A DNA stretch of 64,000 nucleotides from positions 37,206,401 through 37,270,400 of the forward strand of contig CM120641.1 of assembly GCA_051362555.1 (NCBI GenBank), written 5' to 3'. The notes under the pieces are model-generated. The model made no database searches. It saw only the letters and a program-made list of their open reading frames with translations, and was not told where the DNA came from. Positions 26,401 through 41,156 of this stretch are shown here, piece by piece (within the stretch, counting starts at the first letter, position 1; the number at the start of each line of letters is the position of its first letter). The position numbers and the translations under genes are program-made. Origin of the DNA: Lingula anatina (Eukaryota > Animalia > Brachiopoda).

Positions 26401-29400
26401 GTACTGTTAACTGACGGTGGGTCGAGATGTGACTTATAAATGGTACTTAAAGTGTATGCAAAGTGTGCCTCATAGATAATGGTACACAGGAGGAGCATTG
26501 TCATTGTTATCTAGGCACAGTTAATGCAAACCATTCCACATCAGTTAACATCCTGAAGAGACGTCTAAAAGACTAAGTAAGGTACCTTGACAATGAATTG
26601 TTGTCTTCTATTTCTACTTTAGAAAAATAAATATGAAAAGAAAAACAGACTTGGATTAAAGAGACGGAACTCGGTGGCACTATATTAGGCTTTTTACTGG
26701 TATATGGAGGTAGTGGTTTCCGCATGTAGTTCATATATGAAGAGGTTCTATTATTCAGCTCAGCATTTACCGTCTGACCTAAAATCAACAGGATTCAGGT
26801 AAATGGAAACACACTACCATTTTAGCTGGGGTAATAACAATGTGTGTATAAGGGTACCTGCAGAGCTAGAGATACACTTTAGATGCAGAACTCTTTTTTG
26901 CCTTTTTTTGTCTGGCTGTGCTGCCTGTCATGTTGGAGGTGTGACCATTTGGTAAACAGACCCTGACAAACAGAAGTAACTTTCAGACAAGGGCCGACTT
27001 GAATTGGAAATACTGAGGTAAATTTTTAAGAAGGTATAAAACACATTGAAGAAAGTGAGGATTTGTTCTCTGAGGCAGACTAGCAGAGTGTCATGTAGTT
27101 TGGTGTAGTGAAGTCTTTTGGAGGTTGATAAAACTTGACTTGAATTTTGATTTGATATTTCAGCAACTTATTGGTAAAGGTTTAACTTAAGATTATGGGA
27201 GGTTAATGATGTAATGTTTCGCATACTAGTAATTAAATGTGAAGTTGTGGCAGTGTGTGTATGAGAATGAATTTTTAAATGTAAGGATAAATTTTGAAAG
27301 CATCCCGACTACTGACATAGAGTGTTTATACTAATGGCAGTCTGCTTAAGTGAGTTACAGTCACCATAAATTGAAAATGAGTATCAATAATCTTGTTTCC
27401 AGAGTAAAAATTCAATAGTTACAAGTCATCAAAGAAGATCAAAAAAGAAGAAAAAAAACGTGCAGACAGTTTGAAGAAAACTGATAGAACATCATTTTAG
27501 GACTTATCTATTTTATAGTCATACAGATCTAGTATTCAAGTCATGATTTTCATGTTTGCCACAGAGTTTAAAAAAGAAACTATGGTGAGATAAAGTGAAT
27601 TAATGACCATTTGCAAGAATGAATTGCAGGACAATAAAGTTTCAATATTATGACAGGAACAGGACAGAGAACTGATGGGATTTACTGTCTGGAAGAAAAA
27701 TGATGGTGACAGTAGAATATATTATGATTTGAAGCCAGAAGAATAACTAAAAAAAACATTTTTCTACTTATTTGAATGGTCTTAAATATAAATAAATAAT
27801 GTATAGTATTAAATTAGGAATGAGAAAGCAGTAATTGTCAGAGAATGGGTCTAGACGTCTAACCTGTTTGTGGTGAGGTGGTAGATTTTATAACTTTTAA
27901 GTTTATGAAACTGTTTAAAAACACACAATTTTCAGTAAGCGTTATGTGGATTTGATCCATTATTTGCTTTCTTAGTTTGAGCATGTTCCTTGTGTATGTT
28001 TTTTTTTTTTTTTTTTTGTTGTTGTCCTTGGCTTACAAAGATGTGCCAAAACAGAAGGATTTTGTTCTACGCATGTGTGACGGTAGTGTTATATTGCATG
28101 GTAGAAGCATATTAAGAAAATCAGACATTTGCAGAGAAGGAGATGCATTAAATAACAGTTGTTTTTGTCACTGTGTGTAAAAGAGAGGAGAAAGATTGTG
28201 CAACTTTGAGAAGTAAGTACAGATTTTATTTAGATTTTGCATTGTATTTCTTTTAACATCTGGGGATAAACCCTAAAGGAGTAGTAAATAAAAAAGCACT
28301 CTGTGACAAAATAACAGATGTTGAATTAAGCACAAAATAAGCCTTTTTCACATCAAGCATTATTCCTTAGCTCTATTATCTAATAGCCAGGTTATTAAGT
28401 TAGTCTCTCAAAAGAATGATGCAGCTATATTGCTTAATTATAATGCTCAGTGTGAACATGCCTTTATTTTCTGTAATTTTTTTATTTTTAAAACTGATAT
28501 CAAACATGGGACAATTATTTCAAGATTAAACACTTTTATTTTTAGTGGGTTGCATTACTGTTATGTAATTGAAGCATGTGTTGATATCAATTTAACAGAT
28601 CTCAGACAATGCTTTAGGAGTGGACTTCACATACCTGCCGGTTTATCATGATGACTCTGTGGATGGAGTCTGACCACAATCTGAGATAACAATGTTATAT
28701 AGGGACTCATTCACATGTATACGATGTGATTGTCTGACTTTGATCTAGTTTCAGAGTCTAAAGGCACATAAAAGCCCCTTTTTACATCGAACACTAGTTT
28801 TTGTACCACATCAGTTTGACTGGTCTTCACATGTAATTACAATAAGTTTTTAATTCCTTTCACAACCCCTCATGGACCAATCAAAATGATTCTGGTTAAA
28901 ACTGACCATGTCCACTGTAAAGGCTCCATTTAGGTGACTTTCTTATGTAAAAGCCAGTTGTCAATCTCTCAAACTGAAGCAGTACAGAAAACTTAACTTC
29001 TCATAGTAAAAAAAGGATATCTGTAGTGCTCAATTCAGTACCAAACCATCACAGTAGAGAATGATTATGATTTCTAGACTTCCCTAAGGTAAGGCAATAC
29101 AAACACCTTTAACCAATTCATAAAGGAAGTTGGCAAGACAAAATGGAATCAGATTATGTCTCTTTTGGTGGAAATCTTAATCGGTCTAAATTTCAGTCTA
29201 CTGAAAGTATAAAGTTCTAAGTAACTTTGTCACAAGTGGACTGTAAATGCACCTTAACATGAATGACTTTATATGATACTGAGAATATAACTTATTATGT
29301 TGTCACATAATCATTGGTAGTCACTGTCATTATTATATGGTTTTAAAAAGAGAGTGGAGAAGATGGAGAAATGAAGAGGACCCAAAGCTGAGGTTATATC

Positions 29401-32400
29401 ATCATGTTAAATTTCTTTCAGAATAGTCAAAAATGATAACATGTAGAAGTTCTGGTACTTTTCTTGGATAATTTTAAAAAAAGTTTTAAAAAGTTTATCT
29501 CAATGCTAACAGTTGTCCAGGCAATCATCATTAAGACTTGACAAATGTGTCATACAGCATAGGCATGGAAAGAATTAGTACTGAACCGATAGAGGGAAAA
29601 ATGATGGCCATGTAAATGTCTGTCAGTAATAACTGTCCAGTCCCTGACCACATCTCATGACTATCAGAAACAGAGGAACTGACCCAACCCACTGGTCAGC
29701 AACCTGCTATTAATCATTAACTCTAGCATACAATTTAAATAATGAATAGTCAGTGACCGGGACATAATTTCAAGGCATCTTAATGATTTAAGAAAGCTCT
29801 TAATTTCCAGTTCCTCTGTTGCCTCCTTTAGGTAGTTCTTTCTATAACCTGTAGATCTTATCTGTTGTATTGGTTATGTAATGGAGTCCTTCAACATGAC
29901 CATTTTGTGAAATATGAGGAATGCTTCAACTATGTGGAATGCCCAGTAGTTTTGTCAGGGAGACAGTGTTATGCATTGTGGTCAGTGTAAGGCCAATTCT
30001 TGACCATTCACAAGTAGTAGTGGAAGGTGCCCCGTGGATCATCTCAAGTGTACCATTTAGCTACACACACACATATCCAACTGAAGTGACTGTGATACAG
30101 TGGACAGTGCCCAGTGAGCTTGACCACTGAATAAACTGTACATTGAACACTGAGTGATAGTGGAGTGTAGGCAGTGGAAGGGACTGGTCACTCCATTAAT
30201 AGAGGCAACATGTACTATCAACAGTACGAGAACTATAACTACATGTATTATTTCAGGGATGACCTCAACATAACCCCCTCCAGCCCATCCGGGGAAAGAA
30301 AAAGAAGTAAGTCCCCAACAAGAAGAGTTATAGATAAACTAAAGGCCATGGATAGTGAATCTGAAGTAGAGGAGGTGAGTCAAAATGAATTTTTTTTTTT
30401 TACTTTTTACTATTGAATGTGTTTGATAGCGTGTTTTTGTCATTCATACATACACAAGTTCAAGTATTTCTTTTAAACCTAATTGGAAAAAATAATGCAA
30501 GATTTCTCTTGGCAATTTTCTAGGATATCATTTTGGGTAATCCTTATTGTGAAGTAAATTAATTAAGAAGATAAAAGGTCTTTGAAACATTGAAGAGCAC
30601 TTATGTTTGTATGGGAAATGTAGAAATGGTCTTGGCAGTATGTTTTTAAAATCGTGATTTGTGCTTTTAGCAAACGTATATTTATCATGACCTTGACTCT
30701 CTTTCGCAGTAAATCCCACGTTTTATTATTAACGCTTTTCATAAAAGTGGGACTGTGTGCAAAGTTTAAAGCAGGGAGGCAATGGGGAAAATGTTTGGTT
30801 AAGCTATCGAGAAATCTGCCACCTTTTTTAGAACTAAACAGGTGTATAAGCACAGGTATAGCTGTCATCAGCTACAAACAGTAGCTTGCAAAGTTGATTC
30901 CTGACAGTCTGAAAGCCATAAGCACCCTACAGAGAAGGTGGACAGCTTAGTCATTTAAGTATAGGTCAGAGCATGTCCCTTTGCCTATGTAAAGGTGTGT
31001 GCAGGTTAATTCATCCAGGCAGGTGAAGCAAGGTGCTAAGAGAGCAACTACTTCTATAACTAACACACACTGGCTGCACATAAAGTGGGAGGTATTGAAG
31101 TGGAGTGAGTTGAGGGTTAGACAAACAAAGCATGACATAACTATAAATTACACCTACTTTATATTTCTGATGTGAGAGAAAGAGCATATTAAGGATCCTG
31201 GGAAAAGTGTATAGCTCTGTGGTTCATTATTTTTACAGTTATTATTATTTTTGAAATTTATTTTTGGCTGGCATGTGCCCTATGGTAATGTCATAATCAT
31301 GGTAGAATTATTTTATATCTTAAGAAAAATTATATTAAACATAACAGGCAAATAAATATGTAATGGTCTTGTATTGGATTGCAGTGAGAAGTGTTAAGTT
31401 GAGAGTGTTACATTGGTATGAGAAATAAAACGGGCACAAGAAAATGGTATGTGTAAAAAACAGCACAATCTACTGAAAAAAACATAATTGAACTTGTCAT
31501 GTGAAATCCTGTGGCCTCTTTTTTCAAAAGCACACTTTCAAGTGTTTATCAGATTTAACTTTGATGAAAAAGTGAATTTTTTGCTCCTTTGAACATAAAA
31601 TAGTTTAGGTCTATATAAAACTTGTATAAAGGAGTAGCTGCACCTGCTTGCATTTATGTTTGGCAAGATAGTATTTATTTTAATTAACACTGAACATTAT
31701 TAATTAGATATTGGTGCTAGATATTGAGTCTAGCTCTGGCAAATTTTTATCAGATTTGTAATAAATTCTTAGGGTATGCTTCAGGGAAACAACCTGTCGT
31801 GACTTTATCACAGCCTGTCTGTCACACCGGTAGTTTCAGAATTCAAAAAGCGTGGCAAGAAGTGGAAAAAGTTGGATGTTGGTCCATCAGATACACTACT
31901 TCAGATAACACAGCCCTCCTGTTGAACTTTGAAACTTCCTCCCATTTTTTTTCTGATATGGCCAATGAGCTTGTGGTTTAAACTTAGTGCCTGTGCATTG
32001 TTTTTCATTTTGAGCAAAAGTAGCTACCATAATTCAAAGGGGAGTGGTTACAAGCAAAACCAGATCGCACAAGACAAAAACAGTAAATGGGGCAAAGGGT
32101 GGAGGTGTAGACTTTAGATTCTTCAGTTGATATTGGAAATATAAAACTATGGAAACACACTGTGATGATTCTGATAATTGTCTGGTTTCACCACAGAATG
32201 TGTTGCTTTAATGACTAAACCTCCTGTTGTAAGAGAATTTGGTTGAGGCAAATATGGCAACCTAACCCCCCTACTGATCTCAAAGTAATTGTAGCTCATG
32301 TGATAGCAGTATCCAGCAAGAATGTATAAACAGTTGACTGCTGTCAAATTGGAACCAGATTCTGTAGCTAGAACATAGTACAGACTCCAGTGGTGGTTCA

Positions 32401-35400
32401 TACTTGGTTAGTAGAAGCTCAGTTGGGAAAAACTAACTTTAACTGGAATTACTGGGAATGTCCTTGCCAAGATCTAGAAGACGACCAAAGGTATGCTTTG
32501 TTCAGAAGTAGTATAGCTTCATCTGTGTGAAATTTTCTCAGCTTGAACTGTGTAAGGGGAGAAGAGACTCGAGTTTTTATATTTTTAGATCAATATTGTC
32601 CTTGTTGTGTTTGTTTCAAGGAGTGAGTAATGGGACATTTTTTTGATTGTGTGTGTATTTCTTATTAAAATGTCTGTGTATTGATAATTACGCAAGAAGA
32701 CGTACATCAGCCATCTATAAGACTAACCTTTCTTTGAAGATTTGCAACTTCATTGTGAGAGTCTGATTTGCATTGGAAACTTATAATTACTTAAACACCT
32801 AAAATGGAATGTGGGGAATGAAGTTAATTCATTGTGTGTTGATATATATTACCAGCGGTGCTCTCACATTCTTGTGAATATATATGTTCAACTGGTGCCA
32901 AACCCTGGTACATATTGTACATGCTTGTGTTTCCACTACCTCAGCCACTTGTGCTTTTCTTCATGGTTACACTGTGTGTTGCTTTGAGATCAAGTTTTGA
33001 CCCTGATGTCAGTGTAAAATAAACAGGATTGAAGTTTGTATCAAACTTTGGAAGGGTTTTGTTGATGTAAACACTTGCTCAAACTGGTTTGGTAGTGTTA
33101 CACACTAAAGACTTTTTTTCTCAAATGAATCCATCAAACCTTAAAAAAAGGTTATATAAGGTCCTATATTTGATAAGTTTGTTTATTTAGCACTGCAGCA
33201 AGTTATACCTCTCCTACTGATGAGGATTAGGGTATTGTTTCTGGTGTGCTATCAGATCTGCTGAGTGGTTAACTTTACCCTGATAGCTGGTGCCATCTGC
33301 TGGAGATAATTAGAGTTGAATGACTAGTTGAGGAGTGCACTAATAATTTGCATTGCTGCTGATTGAAATTCAGATATTTTCTTTAATTTTGCTGTCTACA
33401 ATGGACTTACAGTTTTCCTTTTTTTGCTTAATAAATTTACCAGTGACATTGTTTGAAGTTTAAATATAAAACGTACAAACTCCTGATAAACAGGGCAAGT
33501 GCATATTTGCTATTAAAAAATGAAACCAAATATTTTTTTTGGAAGATTTTTTTAATGCAAAACTTTACTCTTATATTGCAATGTGTTATTATCCCTTCAT
33601 GTTCAACAATCTGCAATATATATATTCCACTTGCCTGTTGAGTAATGGTAACCTTTTTTATTGCACACCACTTGCCAGTGTGCCAGTGGTGCCTTGAGTG
33701 ACACTGTACACCCATCCTTTCAGTTATGACACTCATGCATATAGTAGTGTCTTGTGGTGGAGATATATGTTTTCCTTCTAACCACAGCTGCCAAACTAGG
33801 TCATTTTCTGCATGTTCACAAATGGGTGCCTTCAGTGCTCTGCGACACTACTAATGGGGGCTGGGAACTGACTTTGAAGTAGCCCATTACACCAGGACGT
33901 TGTGATTCAGTTTGTGGGTAAATTAGCTAGGGAAATTATATTGAAGCACTGGACTCGTCAGGGGTGTGAATGTCTTCCTTATACCTTAAGAACACCAACC
34001 TGCTGTATGAAAGCCAAGAGATTTTAGTAAGTAACTTTGCTATGGTATTTGTTTTGGGAGTGGAAGATAGTAGTATTAATGGGAATTAATGTGGAGATGG
34101 AGACATGTTTATCATTCTTACTAGTTAGATGCCTTTCAAGATATTCCTTCTAGCAAGGTGCTGCGATGATAACGGTTAGTTCAAATTAAAAAATTTGCTC
34201 TCTGATTTGAAATTTACGTTGCTTCTTGATTGGATATATTTTATTACTTGCTACCAGGTATATAGGAATACTTTTATATTTCCCGTAGGTGTGTTTGTTA
34301 TATCACCGTAAGGTATTTGTGAAGGTGTTTAAACATGTTTGTTCTACTATGTATAATGTTAATATACAGGGTGTTGGTTTATATTTATGAGGCCCAATGA
34401 ATGACCATGATATAAATTTGTTCAACACAAAAGCTTTGATTATGCATTTAATGTTCATTGCCCCCCAAAAAAAACTATTTTTATTTTGTTTTTGGAATTT
34501 TCGAGACATTTAACATGGTTTGACAGATTTGCCATGTTAATTATTTCAAGCTGCCTGTTCTACATTTAAGTGATGAATATTTAACTGTGACATTAAAAAC
34601 CCCACCTGCTGCTGCTAAAAAAACTGCACTTGGATTAGGAATTTAGAAGCATCTGCCTTTGTAATATATGACATATTCTGAACATGTTTGGAAACTATTT
34701 TACCAGTCATCATGAAGCAGGATGGTTGCCTTTGAAACACCTCTGGTATGTAAAATTGGACTGCTGTGTTACTATAGAAAATAGAATTTGAAACTTATAT
34801 TGAACTTACTTTTAATAGGAATGAAAAAATGGCTTGACAACTGACAGCCATTGCACCTTATTTTGAGCCAAAGATTACTCACCCCTTTATTTAAACAAAA
34901 TTGAACTCATTAGTCATTAAATTGAGGCATTCCGTTGTTGATTAAGGTGAAAAGCTTTGTTGTGCACTTTCAAGTGAGGTGTTTTTCTACCTTAAGATAC
35001 AGGAATACATTTACTCAGGTGAAATCTTTATTCATGATCTTTTCGTTGAATGATTGTTAGGTACCTTTTTTCACAATAATAATGCTGAATAGAATCTCGT
35101 GTTTGTTATTTTGTTGGGGGATGTTATTTAAGGTGCATACCTGAGTGGCGTGTTTGAAAAAGAATATCAGCAGAGATAAGTTTGATTGTGTCCACAGTGG
35201 TGTAAGAGGCACAATGAGACAAATAAATCAGGAAACTGGATGGAAGTATGTCATGACAGTGAAAAGACAAATATTTAAACTATGTAAGAATGTGTTTTGA
35301 GAGGGGCCGGTTAGAGGTTAGGAAGAAAAAAACGTGTACAGGCATTAAACATACACTGCACACCTGTAGTGTAGACAGGCATACAGATGTTCAACTTGGA

Positions 35401-38400
35401 GCTTTTACTGGCTTTTTTGAAATCATGAACTATTACATGAGGTTGAAACTTTGAGGGGATTTGAGAAAAGGGTGTTTGGGGAGAAATGTTGCACTCAAAA
35501 ACTACTTTTCTCTATGACAATTTTTGTACCATATTGACCAAACGTATTAGGGAGAGAGAGGCATGGGTAGAGGTGAGTAAACTCTTCTCTCTATATATAA
35601 GTTTTTACTTTTGTTTGTAGAAAGGAGATTGGCACTATTCTCATGTCCCATGAATTTCAAGCAGTTTTTGTGCCATTTGTCTGTTTGGTGTAGGGCTTTA
35701 GATTTAGGTGACCTTTCATGCTACCCTGACCATGTCACTGTGTTTAGTAAGGAGGGCCTCTTCCAGTATTGTGTTCATAGTACTTAGCAAAAATGTCCAG
35801 TTTCATACACAGGTAGAGTGGCAGAAGAACTTTGGCACACAGGTTTTGAATTACACTCTTTTGGTGTAAACTTGAATTGCCACCATGACAGTTTGAGAGG
35901 TGATTTTAACGGAAACACCCTTATGGTCTTTGTGCTTTAAAAAATTGACATGATTTGTGGCTGTTGAAAATTAGGGTAAGTGATCATAGATGAAAATACT
36001 CTAGAAGCTCACTGACATAACTGCTTGAGGCATGTGAATGACAACTGATAAAGTAAAGAGATAGTTAAACTTTTGCTGTTTCATTATTTAAGAGATATGT
36101 CTTACATGAAACTTCCTCAAATCTCTCTGGTGCAGTTGGGATATGAGAAAAACCTTTCTCTAGCATCAAAGAAACTCAGTGGCAGTTTTAATTGAGGGTT
36201 GGAACAATGGGACACTTATTCGTTCTTTTGACCAAAAGTTAGTACAAATAACAGACATGATCATCTTTAAATATTGGACTTAAAAACAAGGTTAAAAAAA
36301 AACAAAAGGTCTGTTTCTTCTGACTAGGGAATACGAGAGATGCAAAAATAAATAAAGGTGTCTAACAGTAACAAAATGTTGGTATTATAGTCACCAATAG
36401 AATAAAGAACTTCAAAGCTGGGTTAACAGTTCAGATAAGCCATGTGGCAGGTTAAGCCACTTCACATGTTATTGGAATTTGATTACCACTCCACCCCTTG
36501 GGTCATGAATGAAGTGAGATATATAGATGAGTATATTTAGCAATGACATCATGGGAATCTTCATGAATTCTTACAAATGGAATTGGGTCAAATAGTAGTA
36601 ACATTATGCCATGCCTCATCTACCAATCACAATCCTTATATCAACAATTCGGCCCACTGACATTTCTGTTTTGCTGCTGGCCCAGACATGTTTGGGAATG
36701 TTTTGTGACCCTAATTTAGATCAGCGTGGTGGGTTACCTCCCTCAGTTTCCCACTCGTTTCTCTGCCGTCAACTGTTGGGATTTTTGTTGCTGTGGTTTG
36801 GTGATTTATAGTAGGTGGACTGTTTAATGAAAGGGACTGTCACAGTATTGTACCTTTCATTATGACGTTGGATATTTTTATCACTTTTGATTACTTGACG
36901 GATAGCTGATTTGGATTATGACTTATTAATAACAAAGCTGGTGTGGTTGGCAAAGTCAGGCTTAAACTTGTTCAGGTGCATGGCTTGCATGTGAAGTTTT
37001 CGTGCCTAATGAATTGTTTTCCTGATTATTACTGTTGATTAATGTTATCTGACAGCAAAGTCTCACCTCAGAGGTTACAGGTTAATTAATTAGGGAATTA
37101 ACAATCTAGAAGAGGATGGATCAAGGGGACATCAGGAGGTGTAATTTGCAACGAAACCCTTGGTTTTTTGTTAACACTTTGTTTGCTTAGTCAAAGTGCG
37201 GAGGAGTTATACTGCATGTACTGACAGAAATATTGCCAGTCTTGTTTTTGATTGCTGACTTGATTGTTACTGTTGTCTCCTTGGTCAGTAATGGAAGAGA
37301 TTGCATGATGTCTTGTTAAAACCTGGATTAGCAGCGGCACAGACATGATAACTATTAGTGCTTCTGTTGCTGCTTCAGTCCCTCTTTTTTTAATCTCCGG
37401 TATTCAGTGCATTCAAGCTTTTATGTGGAGAGGTTGTAACTTTGACTGATTGAGATGTTACTGTTTTAGCTGCTTTGAATCTTGTTGATTTCTATTGCTT
37501 CCTTGAATGAGGATGATGCTTCCATCTTTTTGCAATATTCAAAACTCGGAGAAATTTGAAGATATGGATTGAAAACAGAGACCTTATAGCTGATGTTATT
37601 GTTATTGTTGATTTGTCATCTTAATCCCTCTAGTCGTCCAACATGAATCTGGAATTGACTTGCTGGTCACATGACTGCACAAGTCCCAATCTGATTGGTC
37701 ATGTGACTAAACCAGAGTCACCGCTGTGCTGATCATAGGCTAAGTGACAGTTGAAGCAAGTGATCTTGGATAATGCCCAGCAGTTGAACAGTTGTCTTTC
37801 GTTGGAATTGTGCAATCAGTAATTTCGAATATCAGACACAGTATCTTCCTATGGCCAGGAGATTGCTTTACTGTTGACTTGAGAAGTCGATATGAAGTTT
37901 AAGCTGTGTAATCTTATCACAGACTATCTGAATCGTGGCAATCAGGTATGGTGAATGTGAGAATTTTTCAGTGTTTTTTGTTGTTTCTGTCAATGTGGAT
38001 TCTGCTGACTAAGCAGTAATAAATACAGAAAAAATATTGATGGATGCTTTTTGAAGTACATAAAAATTGTTCTTGACCAAATATGAAGGTTTCATTCTTT
38101 TTAAGTTGGGGCACAGCATTCATTGGGTTTGTTTGCAAATTTATATTTTGAACAAATTGGGGATAATCAGATTGAGCTGGTGAAAGGTATCAGATATCGT
38201 TAACCACATTTTCACCATGACGGATAACATTGAATAATAAATTTCTTTACTTAGTGTTTTTCTTCTGATGAGATTATGACAGGAGAGTTGTGTTTTCCCT
38301 AACATATGTAATACCAACTTCTCTTATCTTGTCTAGCAGAAATGTAACATTATAAGTGTTACTTTAATTTAAAGAAACTTAAGTGCTCTTCAAATAGTTT

Positions 38401-40758
38401 GAATACAGTGCAGAAATGTTTTAATGCATATGTCAACTTTGTAAATCACTAATAATATACAGTAGTAGGATTATGAAAAGGGGGGGGGGTCAAGCATAGC
38501 TTAAGCTTATTTGATAGAAGGGGATTTTTTATTCTGATAAAAGGGAGTTTTAACAGCTAAGTGGGAAATTTTAGTGCCATGTTGTACTAATGTTGTTTTT
38601 GTCACAGTAAAAGTATTGAATCAGTATTTTATTTATATCCATACAAATACGACATATTTAAGTTTTATCAAAGTCATTCTATCCAGTCCTATTAAAAGTT
38701 AGCACACTTTTTCAGATTGATGGCATTAAAGAGAATAAATGCACTTGTTTCTTTTTCAGGGTGGAGAGAGAGTAGTCTGGCAATCTCATAATGTGCACTT
38801 GACTAGGGTAAGTCTTCTTTGAAATTTCATTTTCAATCTTTTGCATTTCTATCAAATTATGCTGTAAATTTGTATATAAAAAAAAAACACTTCTTACGTT
38901 GTTAAGTACCTCATTTGTGATTTAGTACAAGAGATAGAATTACAATATGTTTTTTGCTCCTGTTGTTTGCATAATTTTTCATCAACTTGCTGCAGCATTC
39001 CGCCTACACTGTTGTATGGGCACTTAGAGTCAGTGCCCAAAATTGTGATAACAGCTGAAAACCAGACATGCAAGGGTGGTACCAAGAGACCAAAAAATCA
39101 ATGTTTGTCTGCGAAATTCAGCTAATTTCCCTCAGAGACAGTAACATGACTCACACCAGTAAAGACTGTGCCTTGGAAATACGATTATTCTAGAATCGAT
39201 ATTCCATGCAAGTGAAGGAACTCCAGAGCAGGAAGCAATAATTGCTCCAGAAAGAGCTTTTTGATACATAATTTGTGTCTTAAGTTCTTTTCAATCAATA
39301 TCTGCATAATCAAAGATGTCCTTTTTGTTTGAAGTTTATGAAATGAGTATCAGAACCAAAATTTCACTTGACATGATAAGTTCTTCACTGATATCTGATA
39401 GCCTTGGATCAATTTGAAACCTTTTCCCATCTGAGACATATGCTCGAAGCAAGTGCATCTTGTGAGTTGGAGACAAACAGTTTACATCTTTTACCTCCTT
39501 AGAAAATATAAAAACTGCTCTAGATTTTTTCTCTTCCATTTAACATTCCAGATGAATGTAAAAAAATATTGATGATTCATACACATATAGCAAGATATCA
39601 GAATTCTGTCATGAAGAGTTGTCTTTTTTTCCATGATTTAATCGGAATTATCTTTACGATTTATGCAGGGATTTATCAGAGAGATTTGGCTAGGGCATGC
39701 CACAAAATATTTAAATTTTTGTTTGAAGAAATAAATTCTTCCAATAAGATGAAAACGAACGTCCTTGCTATCGAGGTTGTTTTAGTGATTCAAATCTTTG
39801 GCATGCTGTTGTTATTCATAGTATTGGACATTAGGTAACTTAAACTGTAGAAATCAGATTTCATGGATCTGGGGGTTAATTTCTGAAGCATTAAAATCCT
39901 GTCATTGCTCATACAGAATACTAAGTTGATGCTGGCCAAATTGGATATGGCAGGCACTGAAAGTGAGAATGCATTAAACTTGAAGATTTGTGTGTCAACT
40001 TTCAGATTACAATCCATGGCATTTATGTCTCAAGTTTTTATGTTTGTCCATAAAGAATGTGTAAACAGAAATGTTCCCACAAGACGCCAAGTTTTATTTT
40101 CACATTGGTGAATTAAGTCTTGTAAATTCTCAAATATAGTAGGTTGGAAGTAGGTATTTACACCCTCACAGAAACTGCTGACAAATTGATTTGCAAAAAG
40201 TATGATGCTTCTCACTCTGCTTATATGTAATCGGCTCAGTGGAGATGCAGCAATTACTCATAGCCTATTTGATAATGCAGTGTAAATAATGGCATGTTTT
40301 TAACAAGAAATATGGATGTGAATCGAGATTATTTATTATGCATCTGCAAATTACAGGAAAGAGCCCTTGGTAATAGGTTTCAAACATTATATGAATTTAT
40401 ATTACATTGTTCTTCTTTATCTTGGGTATCATGTTGTCTCACTCAAGTGCATTGAATATTGTCATCTTTGTTATATATTGGAAAGTAATAGAATAACAAT
40501 CAATGCATAAATAGTTAGATAATTATTAATATATTAATTGTTATTCTATTTCTTTCCAATACATAACATTCTTGTGGTTTGCTTATGCTATTTTTGGTCA
40601 CTTGATAATACTTTTTGGCTTTTTCCAAGTAAGTTCGCAAATGGAGAAAAGCAGCAAAACTTTTTTTTAAGAAAAAAGGTGATTTAACTTTTCCATGTAA
40701 TTAATGTTGAAAAATTCAAGAGATATTGAGGCACTTTGGCACATGATTGTTGTACATT

Positions 40759-40801
<43 letters not shown>

Positions 40802-41124
40802 TTTTTGATTCCCAGGTCCCTGGCTTTGGTTTTGGTATAGCAGTCAGTGGTGGCCGTGACAATCCACACTTTGCCAATGGCGACCCTGCCATAGCCATCT
40901 CAGATGTACTCAAAGCGGGACCAGCAGAGGGGAAACTACAGTAAGTCAACCGTTCAGATACACAGAGAGATAATATGGTCTTTGTTGTAGATGATGATAC
41001 CTGAGATAGAGGAATGGGTATTTTGTGGAAAAGAAAATGATAGCTTTGCCATTTGAAGGTAGAATTAAGTAACACTAGATTGTCGACCAAAGCAGCAGGC
41101 TCACAGTAAGTACCAGCAATCAAT

Positions 41125-41156
<32 letters not shown>

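Noticed and set aside
26880-27020. Donor-like GAG|GTAAAT as another ZO-1 first exon
   Set aside because: The frame matching exon 3 has an upstream stop and no ATG; at most a non-coding exon, and unsupported.
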